Below are positions 45,786 to 56,300 of a DNA stretch of 64,000 nt, piece after piece. Below the pieces are notes generated by a model. It had not been told where the DNA came from. It did not search any database and worked only from the letters and a program-made list of their open reading frames with translations. Source of the DNA: a virus (lineage: Duplodnaviria; Heunggongvirae; Uroviricota; Caudoviricetes); the IMG/VR virus record IMGVR_UViG_3300028048_000103, positions 1 through 64,000 of that record; one strand, 5' to 3'. A program made the translations under genes and the position numbers. Positions within the stretch are counted from its first letter, which is position 1; each line of letters starts with the position of its first letter.

Positions 45786-46901
45786 CTCTGTAACAATTTC
45801 TCCTATTTTGCATTTGTGGAATCCCATTTTCTCTGCAAGTGCGCGAAGCCAATTAATTTCTTTATCTTTTGCTACCTTAAATGTATCACTATCCGCAAAC
45901 TGTTTTGAAGTTTCAATTGATTTTATACAACGAGAAAGCATTCTTTCATCCTCCTCGCTCCACTCTGTTGGCTTACATAAGCCATATTTTTTAGGATGTT
46001 CAACTACTTCCTTTTTCCCATCTTCAAATGCTTCATTGATGTTTCTAAACACTTCTTGAAGTTTGTCCCACTCTGCTGACTTCTGCTTAATGGATACATA
46101 TTTATCATAAAAATAAAGTGGATTGTCCTTGCATTTCTTTAATTCAGCCTCGTAATCTACTGGCTTCTGCTCATCAGCAACCATTGGAGTAGGAACAGGG
46201 GCAATATAGGGTTCTTTATGAACCATCATTTCAGATAGGTCTGCTGACTTCTGCTCCACAGGTGTATAATCCTTCTGTGGAATATTGGCACATTCATAGT
46301 CAAATGGCTTCTTCGCCAGCAAATATGTGTAGTCAGTGAAAGTGATAATATGATTTGCTAAAAGATGGTATAAGTATTCTTCTCTTGGTATTTTACTATC
46401 AGGTTCTACATTTGTTTCTCCTGATGGCTTCTGCTCTTTCTGCTCAACTTCTTTCATTGCCTTGTTATATCCTGCGGTAAAGCCGTTCCGTCTGCCTTCC
46501 TCATACCCTTTCTTATATTCATCACAAGTGAAGCACCCATTAGGATGTTTCTGCTCTTTCTGCTTTTCAATCTCAGAAGCATAACACATTCTACCATCAG
46601 TCGTGTAAAACATTCCTGTCTTGTCAATATGTGGCTTGTCAGGGTTTTTTACGTTATCACTTTTAAACCATCGAATGCCTGTTTCTTTCTGCTTTTCAAG
46701 CCAAGCGAGAATATTTGGAATTTCAAGGTTTATCCATGATTCTACATGTAACTCCTTAAAATACTTAACTATAACTTTCCTAATTCTCTCATCCTCGCTT
46801 TCTGCGAGTTCAGGAACAAGGGTTTCGACAGCATCCTTAGTCTCTTTCCACATAGTAGGCATCGCTTCCTTGATTTTCTTTATTGCTTCTTCTTTTGTCA
46901 T
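45783..46901 (-). CDS. WSEEDE-motif protein (family B)
   Basis: 372 aa. Carries MTKEEAIKKIKEA...LVPELAESEDERIRKVIVKYFKEL and PTEWSEEDERMLSRCIKSIE. Confidence 0.55.
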   Translation of the reverse strand: MTKEEAIKKIKEAMPTMWKETKDAVETLVPELAESEDERIRKVIVKYFKELHVESWINLEIPNILAWLEKQKETGIRWFKSDNVKNPDKPHIDKTGMFYTTDGRMCYASEIEKQKEQKHPNGCFTCDEYKKGYEEGRRNGFTAGYNKAMKEVEQKEQKPSGETNVEPDSKIPREEYLYHLLANHIITFTDYTYLLAKKPFDYECANIPQKDYTPVEQKSADLSEMMVHKEPYIAPVPTPMVADEQKPVDYEAELKKCKDNPLYFYDKYVSIKQKSAEWDKLQEVFRNINEAFEDGKKEVVEHPKKYGLCKPTEWSEEDERMLSRCIKSIETSKQFADSDTFKVAKDKEINWLRALAEKMGFHKCKIGEIVTE

Positions 46902-46931
46902 AGTATTTTTTATAATAATTAAATTAATTTT

Positions 46932-47231
46932 TCAAAACATACACATTGGGTCATTGCCCATTATTTCGTCAAGATAATCTTCGTCTTCGCTTGATAAATT
47001 GCATCTGTTCATCTCCTGAGATAACCCGTACAATAATTCTACTGTGTTAGTTTTATTGGAATTTGTTTGTTTCTTCGTTTTCATTTCAAAATAATCGAAG
47101 TTATTTATGATGAATGTCAGCCGAGAATTATTGAGTGCAGTGCCCGTATCTTCGAGTTCCATGGCGCGGTTTAGAAAATATTCATTTTTCGCAATATACT
47201 CCCTGCCTTTGCATCTTACTATTAATTCCAT
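46932..47231 (-). CDS. hypothetical protein
   Basis: 99-aa ORF. Confidence 0.45.
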   Translation of the reverse strand: MELIVRCKGREYIAKNEYFLNRAMELEDTGTALNNSRLTFIINNFDYFEMKTKKQTNSNKTNTVELLYGLSQEMNRCNLSSEDEDYLDEIMGNDPMCMF

Positions 47232-47266
47232 ATTTAAATTAAATTTTCTTTTATTACTCTACAAAA

Positions 47267-47289
47267 ATCATGCCAAATATGTTTTTAAA
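47267..47289 (-). promoter_or_regulatory. class I promoter-like motif
   Basis: ctctacaaaaatcatgccaaata, upstream of the start at 47231. Confidence 0.45.
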
Positions 47290-47503
47290 GTCGTGCTACA
47301 ATTCTTCCTCTTGTTAAATCATATGGTGACATTTCAATTTTAACTTTATCACCAACAATTACTTTAATAAAATTTTGTCTCATTTTACCTGATGATTGGC
47401 ATAAAATAATCATACCATTACTGTCTAATTGTACCCTAAACATTACATTGGGTAAACTTTCAATAACAACACCTGTTTGTTCTATCAATGCTTGTTTTGC
47501 CAT
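47285..47503 (-). CDS. infA: translation initiation factor IF-1 homolog
   Basis: 72 aa. [72 protein letters not shown] is collinear with bacterial IF-1 (S1-like OB fold). The blocks MFRV, SGKMR and PYDL..GRIV are conserved. Confidence 0.75.
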   Translation of the reverse strand: MAKQALIEQTGVVIESLPNVMFRVQLDSNGMIILCQSSGKMRQNFIKVIVGDKVKIEMSPYDLTRGRIVARL

Positions 47504-47558
47504 ATGCTTTTAATATATTATTTTTTACAAAAATACAAATTATTTTTTAAAAAACAAA

Positions 47559-47590
47559 AACACACTCCAATAATTGGAGTGTGTTTTGAC
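47559..47590 (-). terminator. rho-independent terminator for 47626..48801
   Basis: acacactccaataattggagtgtgt is a 9-bp perfect stem with a T-run in the minus sense. Confidence 0.6.
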
Positions 47591-47625
47591 AAATTTAGAA
47601 ACTAAACTTGAAGGATATGGATAAA

Positions 47626-48801
47626 TTATATAATTTTCTTTCTAATAATTTCATATGAGTCTTCAGTGAAGTTATAGATATCAGCAAGTGTCAGCCCCTT
47701 ATTTACCTTAGGTATTTCAGTTTCTGTTGTAGGAACATTTCCTCTATTTTCTATATCTTCTTCGGTAGTTTCTACCTCTTCCTTAGCCTTTTCGGTATAA
47801 ACAAATTCAAGAAGTGCATTTGTTTTTTCAACTGTAAGTGGTTTAAATTCATATTTACTTACAAGCCTACCCTTTCTCATAAGTGCTGAATCAATATCTT
47901 TTATATCAGCATTAAAAGTACAAATAAATTTAATACCAAGGTCATCAGCAAGTAGTCCATCAGACATATTAAGAAGGGTTGAAACGCCTGAGGTCATACC
48001 TGTGGTTCTTCTATCCCTAATAACGTTTTCGCAATCTTCAAGAATAATTATATGGTCACTAAGAGTATTAAGGAATGAAGTAAATGCTGGTTGTCCTAAC
48101 ATTTCCACAAGGTCAGGGGTAACATAAACAAATTTTCTACTTGGATTAGTATTAATAAGATTTCTAATGTAGGTTGTTTTTCCTGTACCTTTTTCACCAT
48201 GAAGAATTACAAGGCCACTCTTATCTTTATCTTCAATAAATTTCTTAATCTTTTCGTCTTCGTGGACAAAATCATCATTATATTGTCTTTCAATTGAAAA
48301 ATTCTTTACTTCCTTAATCTTACCTTTCTGTAAACAGAAACCTGCTTGTGTTTGTGCAATTTTCCATATATTACCCTTTTCTTCATCAGGTGCAACATAA
48401 AAGTCATTAAGTGTATTTACTAAATTGACAAGATTTTCAGTGTTATTATTTCCGTAAAGAATATAACACTCATTGACCTGCTTTTCAAATCTTGCAAAAA
48501 GATTTTGTTTTAGAAGAACAACGCAAAAACCCATTGAATCTTCTTTAGTGTCAATATTATGTGTTATATACTGAATATATTCCATTTCAGTCTCATCATA
48601 TGTTTCTATAAAATAATCAAACAATTTTTTAACATCAAAAAAATTATCATTTCCCTTATAGTTTTTTGTAAACATATAGCAGTTAGGGAAATAACCGTTT
48701 TTAACAAAAAATAAATTTTGCAGGGACAAACCATCAACCTCATTGTAAATTGATGACATTGATTTATCCATCAATAGATTTTTAAAATTACTTTCTTTCA
48801 T
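47626..48801 (-). CDS. AAA+ ATPase
   Basis: 391 aa. Walker A is GEKGTGKTT, Walker B is IIILEDCE, and an arginine-finger region lies downstream. Confidence 0.65.
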   Translation of the reverse strand: MKESNFKNLLMDKSMSSIYNEVDGLSLQNLFFVKNGYFPNCYMFTKNYKGNDNFFDVKKLFDYFIETYDETEMEYIQYITHNIDTKEDSMGFCVVLLKQNLFARFEKQVNECYILYGNNNTENLVNLVNTLNDFYVAPDEEKGNIWKIAQTQAGFCLQKGKIKEVKNFSIERQYNDDFVHEDEKIKKFIEDKDKSGLVILHGEKGTGKTTYIRNLINTNPSRKFVYVTPDLVEMLGQPAFTSFLNTLSDHIIILEDCENVIRDRRTTGMTSGVSTLLNMSDGLLADDLGIKFICTFNADIKDIDSALMRKGRLVSKYEFKPLTVEKTNALLEFVYTEKAKEEVETTEEDIENRGNVPTTETEIPKVNKGLTLADIYNFTEDSYEIIRKKII

Positions 48802-48865
48802 ATAATAATATTTTTAAACTTTCTTTTGCAAATATACTAACATTATTTTAAAAAAACAAATCATT

Positions 48866-49126
48866 TTAAATTTTTTCAAAATCATAGGTTGTATTATTGG
48901 GCCAAGGATTTTCATCATCAATATATAACTTCCACATATCAACACAAGGTCGTAACAATATACTAGATATATCATTTTTATCTTCTACAAAATCATTGGC
49001 TTCACCCCTATAATATTGTAAATTGTTTATTATACAACTATAACTTTTTCTGGTGTTTTCTTCATCGTCAAATTCAATAACAGAATATAGTGTATCAGGT
49101 TTGGTGAATCTATTTTTTTTCGACAT
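48866..49126 (-). CDS. hypothetical protein
   Basis: 86-aa ORF overlapping the helicase start by 17 nt. Confidence 0.4.
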   Translation of the reverse strand: MSKKNRFTKPDTLYSVIEFDDEENTRKSYSCIINNLQYYRGEANDFVEDKNDISSILLRPCVDMWKLYIDDENPWPNNTTYDFEKI

Positions 49127-50726
49127 CTTCTTTAATTTTTAAAAATTCATTATAAAGGCTATCATTACCTGAATAACTTTTTTCTGGAGGAAATTCTTTT
49201 TCACTGATAAAATTCAATGTTTTTTTGGCTCTTGTCCAAGCAACATAAACCAAATTTTTTTCTGAAATTATTTCCCAATCTTTTTTTGCTAATTTATTTG
49301 GTAACAGTGAAGGACATAATATAAAAACATTATTTGCTTCCAAACCTTTTGCCCTATGTACAGTTGAAAGATGTATATATTTATCATCATCAATACCTAT
49401 TTCTTTTGTTTTTGTTACAAATATTTCATTAACATATTCTTCCAAATCATCAACTGAACTAATACCATCAGATAATAATTCTAATGTCAATATTTCATCA
49501 TATAATGTAACAACATCAGATTCGCCTACAACTGATTTCAGGTCTGTTTTATAAATCTCAGCAATTTCCTCCCATTTTGTAATCAAATTTTTTTTAAGAC
49601 TATTAATTACAACATTTAAATCATTGGTTTTGTATGAATCAACAGTTTCAATAATATTGTTACCTATTTCAATACCTTTTATATAAACAGGTTTACCTTC
49701 TTTCATTAAATTTAAGTATAATTTGATTAATGGTGATGTTAATCTACACAATACCATATCACCTGGCTTAATGTTATTTAATGGAACATTATAATTAATT
49801 TCACCATCAATTGCCTTTTCATATGCTTCAAAATCAGGAACAATCGTTTTTGCTAAATCAGCAACCTTTTTGGAACATCTATATGATGTGGTTAATTTGA
49901 ATTTTTTAACATTTGGTCTATTATTAAAATGTGTAAAGGCTTCTTCATCACTTCCTGCCCATGCATTAATCATTTGCTGTGAATCGCCAAATAATAAAAA
50001 TCTTGTATTTCTTTTCATGCACATGTCAATTAAATGCTGCTGTGCCAATGAAGAATCTTGTGCTTCATCAATAAAAATCATATCAAATTTCAAATATTTG
50101 TTAATGATACCTAATTCATAAGGTAACCATATCATATCTTGATAATCAACAAAATCATTGTTTTCACAACCCCATTTCATTATTTTTCTCACTGCTTGAC
50201 ATTCATTGGAAAATACTTTAATACCGTATTTAATTGCCATTTTTGCAATTTCCTTTTCTGACTGCATCAGATTATAACGAGAATAATCCAATAATTTTTC
50301 TATGTTTTTGATATATCTACCTTTATCCGCATTTGAAAATGTGTTGAAATCAGGGCATAAATATTCAATATGACTGTTAATATATTTAATGTATTTTTTT
50401 TCATCTAACTCAACTTTGTTATTAAATGACTTAATTAATTTATAGCCTAAACTATGATATGTTAATACTGTTACATTTTTTAATGAACAAAGTTTTGCCC
50501 TTAAATGGGTCGCAATATGAACATTATATGCTAATACTAAAACCGTTTTATTTGATGGTATAAAATGACAAGCCAATTCAATTGTCTTCGATTTTCCACT
50601 ACCGGCTCTTGATTCAACTGAACCATTTCCAATACCATGTTTTACAAATTCAAATATTTCTTCTTGTGCTTTTGATGGAACAAAATTTTCTCCACCTATT
50701 TGCTTATATATTTCTAAATCAGTCAT
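49110..50726 (-). CDS. UvrD/Rep/PcrA-like superfamily 1 DNA helicase
   Basis: 538 aa. Motif I is AGSGKSKT, motif II is IFIDEAQD, and a C-terminal VHRAKGLE-type motif VI region is present. Confidence 0.7.
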   Translation of the reverse strand: MTDLEIYKQIGGENFVPSKAQEEIFEFVKHGIGNGSVESRAGSGKSKTIELACHFIPSNKTVLVLAYNVHIATHLRAKLCSLKNVTVLTYHSLGYKLIKSFNNKVELDEKKYIKYINSHIEYLCPDFNTFSNADKGRYIKNIEKLLDYSRYNLMQSEKEIAKMAIKYGIKVFSNECQAVRKIMKWGCENNDFVDYQDMIWLPYELGIINKYLKFDMIFIDEAQDSSLAQQHLIDMCMKRNTRFLLFGDSQQMINAWAGSDEEAFTHFNNRPNVKKFKLTTSYRCSKKVADLAKTIVPDFEAYEKAIDGEINYNVPLNNIKPGDMVLCRLTSPLIKLYLNLMKEGKPVYIKGIEIGNNIIETVDSYKTNDLNVVINSLKKNLITKWEEIAEIYKTDLKSVVGESDVVTLYDEILTLELLSDGISSVDDLEEYVNEIFVTKTKEIGIDDDKYIHLSTVHRAKGLEANNVFILCPSLLPNKLAKKDWEIISEKNLVYVAWTRAKKTLNFISEKEFPPEKSYSGNDSLYNEFLKIKEDVEKK

Positions 50727-50736
50727 TTTTCAATAT

Positions 50737-50760
50737 TTTTATACAAATATATAAAAAATA
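50737..50760 (-). promoter_or_regulatory. class II variant promoter-like motif upstream of the helicase
   Basis: tttttatacaaatatataaaaaata. Confidence 0.35.
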
Positions 50761-50859
50761 ACTATAATTAACAAAGAAAATGTTTTTATCTTTTAAACAA
50801 CTATTTATTGTTAAATAATAGTATTGAAATTATAAAAAAATAAAATAAATATTTTAATT

Positions 50860-52173
50860 ATGGGAAAATATATTCATTATTTTGATTCAGTAACTGAATA
50901 TAATGATATGAGAGAAAATCATTATGAAGAACCATGGACATCATTAACAGAAGAAAATGATGAGGTTAACTTTAATAAAACATTGGAAGAAACTCCATTA
51001 ACATTTGAAATAACAGGTGATGGCAATATTGTATGGAAAGCAAGTAATACCGCCTATACTGTTACTTTGGAATATAAGTTAAATGATGGTGAATGGACTG
51101 AGATAACATCAACAACAGGTGGTACAACAATACCTGTTGTTAGTGGTGATACTATTCAGTTCAGAGGAAATAATACTACTTATACAAGTTATGATATTGA
51201 CGATAATACGTTTAATGGTAGCACAGCACAATTTAGTGTTAAGGGTAATATAATGTCATTGCTTGATAGTACTAACTTTACAACAATGAACACATTATCA
51301 AGTGCTTATACATTTTATAAATTATTTTATGATTGTACTGGCTTAACTGATGCTTCTAAACTAATTTTACCTGCTACTACATTAACAAGTTATTGTTATG
51401 ACAATATGTTCAATGGTTGTATTTCATTAACAACAGCACCTGAATTACCTGCAACTACTTTAGCAAATGATTGTTATTATGAAATGTTCAATGGATGTAC
51501 ATCATTGACAACAGCGCCTGAATTACCGGCAACTACATTAGCACCTTATTGTTATGAATGTATGTTCCAAGGATGTACGTCATTAACAACAGCACCTGAA
51601 TTACCTGCTACTACATTAGCGGATAATTGTTATAGTACTATGTTCAATGGTTGTATTTCATTAACAACAGCACCTGAATTACCTGCAACTACTTTAGCAA
51701 ATGATTGTTATGGTAGTATGTTCTATGGCTGTACTTCATTAACCCAAGCACCTGCATTACCTGCTACTACATTAGCACCTTATTGTTATGAGTATATGTT
51801 CGATGGTTGTACATCATTAACAACAGCACCGGAATTACCTGCAACTAACTTATCAGGAGCAAATAATTGTTATCAATATATGTTCCAAGGTTGTTCAAGT
51901 TTAACCCAAGCCCCTGAATTACCGGCCACAACATTGGTTTCGAATTGTTACGATAGTATGTTTAGAAACTGTACAAATTTAAATTATATTAAATGTCTTG
52001 CAACTAATATTTCAGCAACTAATTGTACTCAAAATTGGGTAAATGGTGTGGCTGCATCAGGTACATTTGTTGCTTATGATAGTAATGTTGCATGGCAAGT
52101 AGACAATGTAAATGGTATTCCAACAGGTTGGACTATTGATTATGAATATTCTTCTGAACCGTTAGTATCTTAA
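50860..52173 (+). CDS. BspA-type leucine-rich-repeat protein (putative receptor-binding / tail protein)
   Basis: 437 aa with at least 9 tandem repeats of about 23 aa (NCYxxMFxGCTSLTTAPELPATTLAxxCY), typical of the Bacteroidota BspA-like LRR class. Confidence 0.6.
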   Translation: MGKYIHYFDSVTEYNDMRENHYEEPWTSLTEENDEVNFNKTLEETPLTFEITGDGNIVWKASNTAYTVTLEYKLNDGEWTEITSTTGGTTIPVVSGDTIQFRGNNTTYTSYDIDDNTFNGSTAQFSVKGNIMSLLDSTNFTTMNTLSSAYTFYKLFYDCTGLTDASKLILPATTLTSYCYDNMFNGCISLTTAPELPATTLANDCYYEMFNGCTSLTTAPELPATTLAPYCYECMFQGCTSLTTAPELPATTLADNCYSTMFNGCISLTTAPELPATTLANDCYGSMFYGCTSLTQAPALPATTLAPYCYEYMFDGCTSLTTAPELPATNLSGANNCYQYMFQGCSSLTQAPELPATTLVSNCYDSMFRNCTNLNYIKCLATNISATNCTQNWVNGVAASGTFVAYDSNVAWQVDNVNGIPTGWTIDYEYSSEPLVS

Positions 52174-52372
52174 AAAAAATATTTACTTTTTCAGTTTTTC
52201 TATAATAAGAAATTATTTATATGAAAACGGATAGAAATTGAGGATATATTTTTATGTTACCGAATCCCTTTTCTGATTTTCAGTTTTTATGGTAGATAAG
52301 TAATTATCTACCATTTTTTTTGTTTCCAATGACTATTTATAAGAAAAATATTGTTTAAAAAATAATTAAAAT

Positions 52373-53314
52373 ATGGGTAGAATTTTATATAATAAAAACA
52401 CAGTACAAGAAAGTGGTGTTTCAGCATTATTTGATAGTACACTTTATACAGGTGAACTTGTTTTAAACAACAATAATGACAACCCTGGTTTATGGATGTC
52501 AAAAGCAAATGGCACAAAGATAAAGGTCAACGGTGCTAAGAATGTTAAAATGGATGAGAGTCTTTCATCATTATCAGGTGCAATTGCAGCAAATGATAGT
52601 GTTCATGATGCTATTTCCAAGTTAAATAACAACACATATACCAAACAAGAAGTTGACGATAAAATTTCTCAATCAGGCACGTTTGACCCAAGTCAATATT
52701 ATACCAAAAATGATATTGATAATAAGCATTATATAACAAGTGGTGATGCAAAAACTCAGATTGAGAATTATCACTATACTACTTCAGGTAATGTTAAAAC
52801 ACAGGTAGAGAATTATCATTATATCACTTCAGGTGATGCAAAAACACAAATAGAAAATTATCACTATATTACTTCTGCTGATACTTCTAATGCAGCAAAG
52901 AAATTAGACCACAATGTAACATTATCATTAAGTGGTGAAGTAAAAGGTAGTGCTGTAACTGATTTTTCAGGCAATGCAGTTGCCATGAATACATACAAGA
53001 CTTTTACAACAGTAACAAGTTTAAGTAATCTTACTTTTGAAAATTTCCTTACAGTTGCAACAATTGGAGCAAATGCAACTTTAACAATCTCATCTACAGG
53101 TTTAGTTTCAATACCTAATGGTGCAGTAAGAGAAGGACATTTGCTTATACAGAACAGCAGTTCTTCAAATATTGCAATTACAATTGCAAGTGATAGTAGA
53201 GTAAAAACAACCAACGGTACAACTTTCACTGTTGAAGGAAATGGTATTGGTGAATTAAATGCACTTATTACCAATAATGGTGGTACTTATACTGTTTATA
53301 TTATTACTTCGTAA
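52373..53314 (+). CDS. tail fiber-like protein with tandem 13-aa repeats
   Basis: 313 aa. TQIENYHYTTSGNVK/TQVENYHYITSGDAK/TQIENYHYITSADT repeats, with a Ser/Thr/Asn-rich beta-rich C-terminus. Confidence 0.5.
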   Translation: MGRILYNKNTVQESGVSALFDSTLYTGELVLNNNNDNPGLWMSKANGTKIKVNGAKNVKMDESLSSLSGAIAANDSVHDAISKLNNNTYTKQEVDDKISQSGTFDPSQYYTKNDIDNKHYITSGDAKTQIENYHYTTSGNVKTQVENYHYITSGDAKTQIENYHYITSADTSNAAKKLDHNVTLSLSGEVKGSAVTDFSGNAVAMNTYKTFTTVTSLSNLTFENFLTVATIGANATLTISSTGLVSIPNGAVREGHLLIQNSSSSNIAITIASDSRVKTTNGTTFTVEGNGIGELNALITNNGGTYTVYIITS

Positions 53315-53379
53315 AATTACATCCAATAGGATATAATTTAATTAAAAAATAAAAAATTACATTCGAAAGGATATAAATT

Positions 53380-56300
53380 ATGGCAAGAAGAAGATTACTT
53401 TTTTCATATTTTTATTTAACATATAACGGAAACAAATATGGTGAAACCGTCAATGTATCATCATTCAGTGAAGATGGTGGTACTGATAGTTTTTCCGTAA
53501 CATCAAGTAAAGAATGGAACATTGTTTCAAGCCCATCATGGATAACAGCAAGTGTTACAAGTGGTGGGAAAGGAGAAACATCCGTTACATTAACAGCAAG
53601 TGTAAATGAAGGTACTTCTGAAAAAACAGGTAGTATTGTAATTAAAACCGTTGATGATAGATATACAGCAACACTTTATGTTACACAAGATGGTATTGTT
53701 CCTTACATTAGAATAAACAATAATGATGCTGATGTTAATGAAAATGTTGCTTTCCGTAGCACAATTAGCAGTTATACAATTAAATCTCGTGGAGGATGGA
53801 CACTTGCTATTACAGGTGGTACAACTAATGTTACTGCAATAACAGACACCAATGTAGTTGAAACTGCTTTAACAATAAATTACCCCAAAAACACTGACAC
53901 CGGTTCATCTAAAACAATTAAGATTGTTCTTACTAATACAAGTGATAGTACAATTAAAAGAACAATTACATTAACACAGGCAGCACAATCGTATATTACA
54001 TTCACAAGAAATGGTGCTGATGCAAATGTAATACCATATAATGGAGAAGTTGGAAGTATTTTAGTTAAAACCAATGATATAGGTTATGCGTTTGAAGAAT
54101 CTTCACAATTTGAATTATCTAAAACACTTGGTTTAAATAATAATGAAACCATCTCTTATACAGCGCAAACGCTTACAACAGCAAATACAGCAACGACTGT
54201 AAGCATATCTGTTACGGCAAAAACAAGTGATTATGATGCTTCTGATAACATTGACCAAAAAGTATATACATATCAATATGAATTATACCCATATCTTAAT
54301 GTTGCAAATGTTAATGTAAGTAGTGCTTCAACAACAGGCAGTACCACATATTCTTCAAATTATAATGTAATTAATGCTACACCTGCAAGTCAAGGTATAA
54401 CCAATATTGTGGTTAACAATGGTAATGTTACTTTCACATTACCTGAACCATCATGGAATGATGAAACATATACATTAAACTTACAAACAACAGGTACTGT
54501 TGGTCCTGGTTTAAGTACAACTGCAACAATAACAAGACCTGCCAAAGTTGCTTATCTTAATACTTCGAATATAACAGTTTCAAAAAATGCAGGTGACCCT
54601 ACCAATAATATTATTGGTGCAATTGATACTAATGATACTTATACATTAGATGTTACTTCAGGTAGTGATTGGTTAACTTATAACCCAACAACAGGTACTT
54701 TCTCAATGACAGAAAATACAGGTACAGAAGATAGGACAGCAACCATTACTGTTACAACAACACATAATGGTTCAAACGGCAGTCCTATAGTTAAAACTAT
54801 TACTGTTACACAAGAAGCAATACCTACTGTTGAACAAAATATTACTGTTAACCTTGATATGAAACAAAATAATGGTGGAACTTGGTATATTAAAACAAGT
54901 ACAAGTAATTCATCACTAAATTTCCCAATTACAATTTCTTATGGTGGAAATCAATTTAATACCACAGTTAATAATGGAAATTTTGTTCAAACACCATTTA
55001 CAACAGCCGTAGGTACACAAATTAATACAACAAATATTAGTGGTACACCAAGTTATTTGGATGCTGATGCACATATTAGATATAACATAACCTATGTAAT
55101 GCCAACAAATGTTGCTTATACAGAAACAGTACAAAGTCTTGTTCCAACATCAGTTGAATTAACATATTCTGATACTGATTTCTTGGCAAACGGTAATGCT
55201 TCAACCACTTCACAATATAGTACACCAAGCAATTTTGTTATTAATTATAATGAAATTATTGCTAATAGTTTTGATAATACAACAAGAACTGTTGCAAAAA
55301 CTGAAAGTGGTTTAAACCATATTACAAGTCTTGATGTTACAACATCTAACGGTGGTGCTGTTAACGGAACATATAATATTGGTGCAGCAAGTAGAGGCAC
55401 AACAACAGGAAATTCACAAACAGTTGCTGTTATTGATAAAGTAAACTATACTTTTTCAGGACAGACTTATACTTATGATATTCCTAATATTACCTTTACA
55501 CAGGAAGCAAACGTTGCAGGTGCACCGGTATATGTTAGTGGTGAAACAAACAGTACTGTTACTAATACTGACATACAATCATTCTATCAAGACATTGGAA
55601 TAACAACAGCAACAACTGGTGGTACATCTTTTACAGCAAAAGGTACTAATACAAATGCAGGATATAGTGGAAACAATTATATTCAAGCAAGAGCAACTGA
55701 AACAGGACACACCTATGATATAACAACAACCACACTTTCTGTAACAGGTACAAGTGCATTTACTATTACATATACATCAGGTGAACACACTGATTCTATA
55801 ACAAGTAACACATGGACTGACACTAATGTTGTGACAGGTTCAGTAACAACTTATTCACAAAAAGCACAATATTCAGGTAGTAGTCAAAGCTGGTTATCTT
55901 ATAATAATAGTAATGAACATGCAACTGCACAAAACAGAGGTATTGTAACAGGTAACACACGAAGTGGATTATTATATTTTTATGCTGAACATGATAATTC
56001 AATAAAAGTAAATATTCAATTTAGTCAAAACCAAAACAAACTTGAAAGTTGGACTAAGACAGCTGAATATGAGGTTAGTCGAACATTTGTTTCAGCAGTG
56101 ACAAACTCAACAAGTGAAGAATATAGAAATATTTCAATTGACATAACGGCAAGTGAAACCGATTTTAAGGCTAATGGACACACATTAAATGATAACTCAA
56201 CTATTTCAGTAAGTGCAACAGAAACTGGCGAAAAATGTATTACTTCATCAGTCACATCAACATATGAGGTAGAGATGGGTTATGATTGGATTGATTATTA

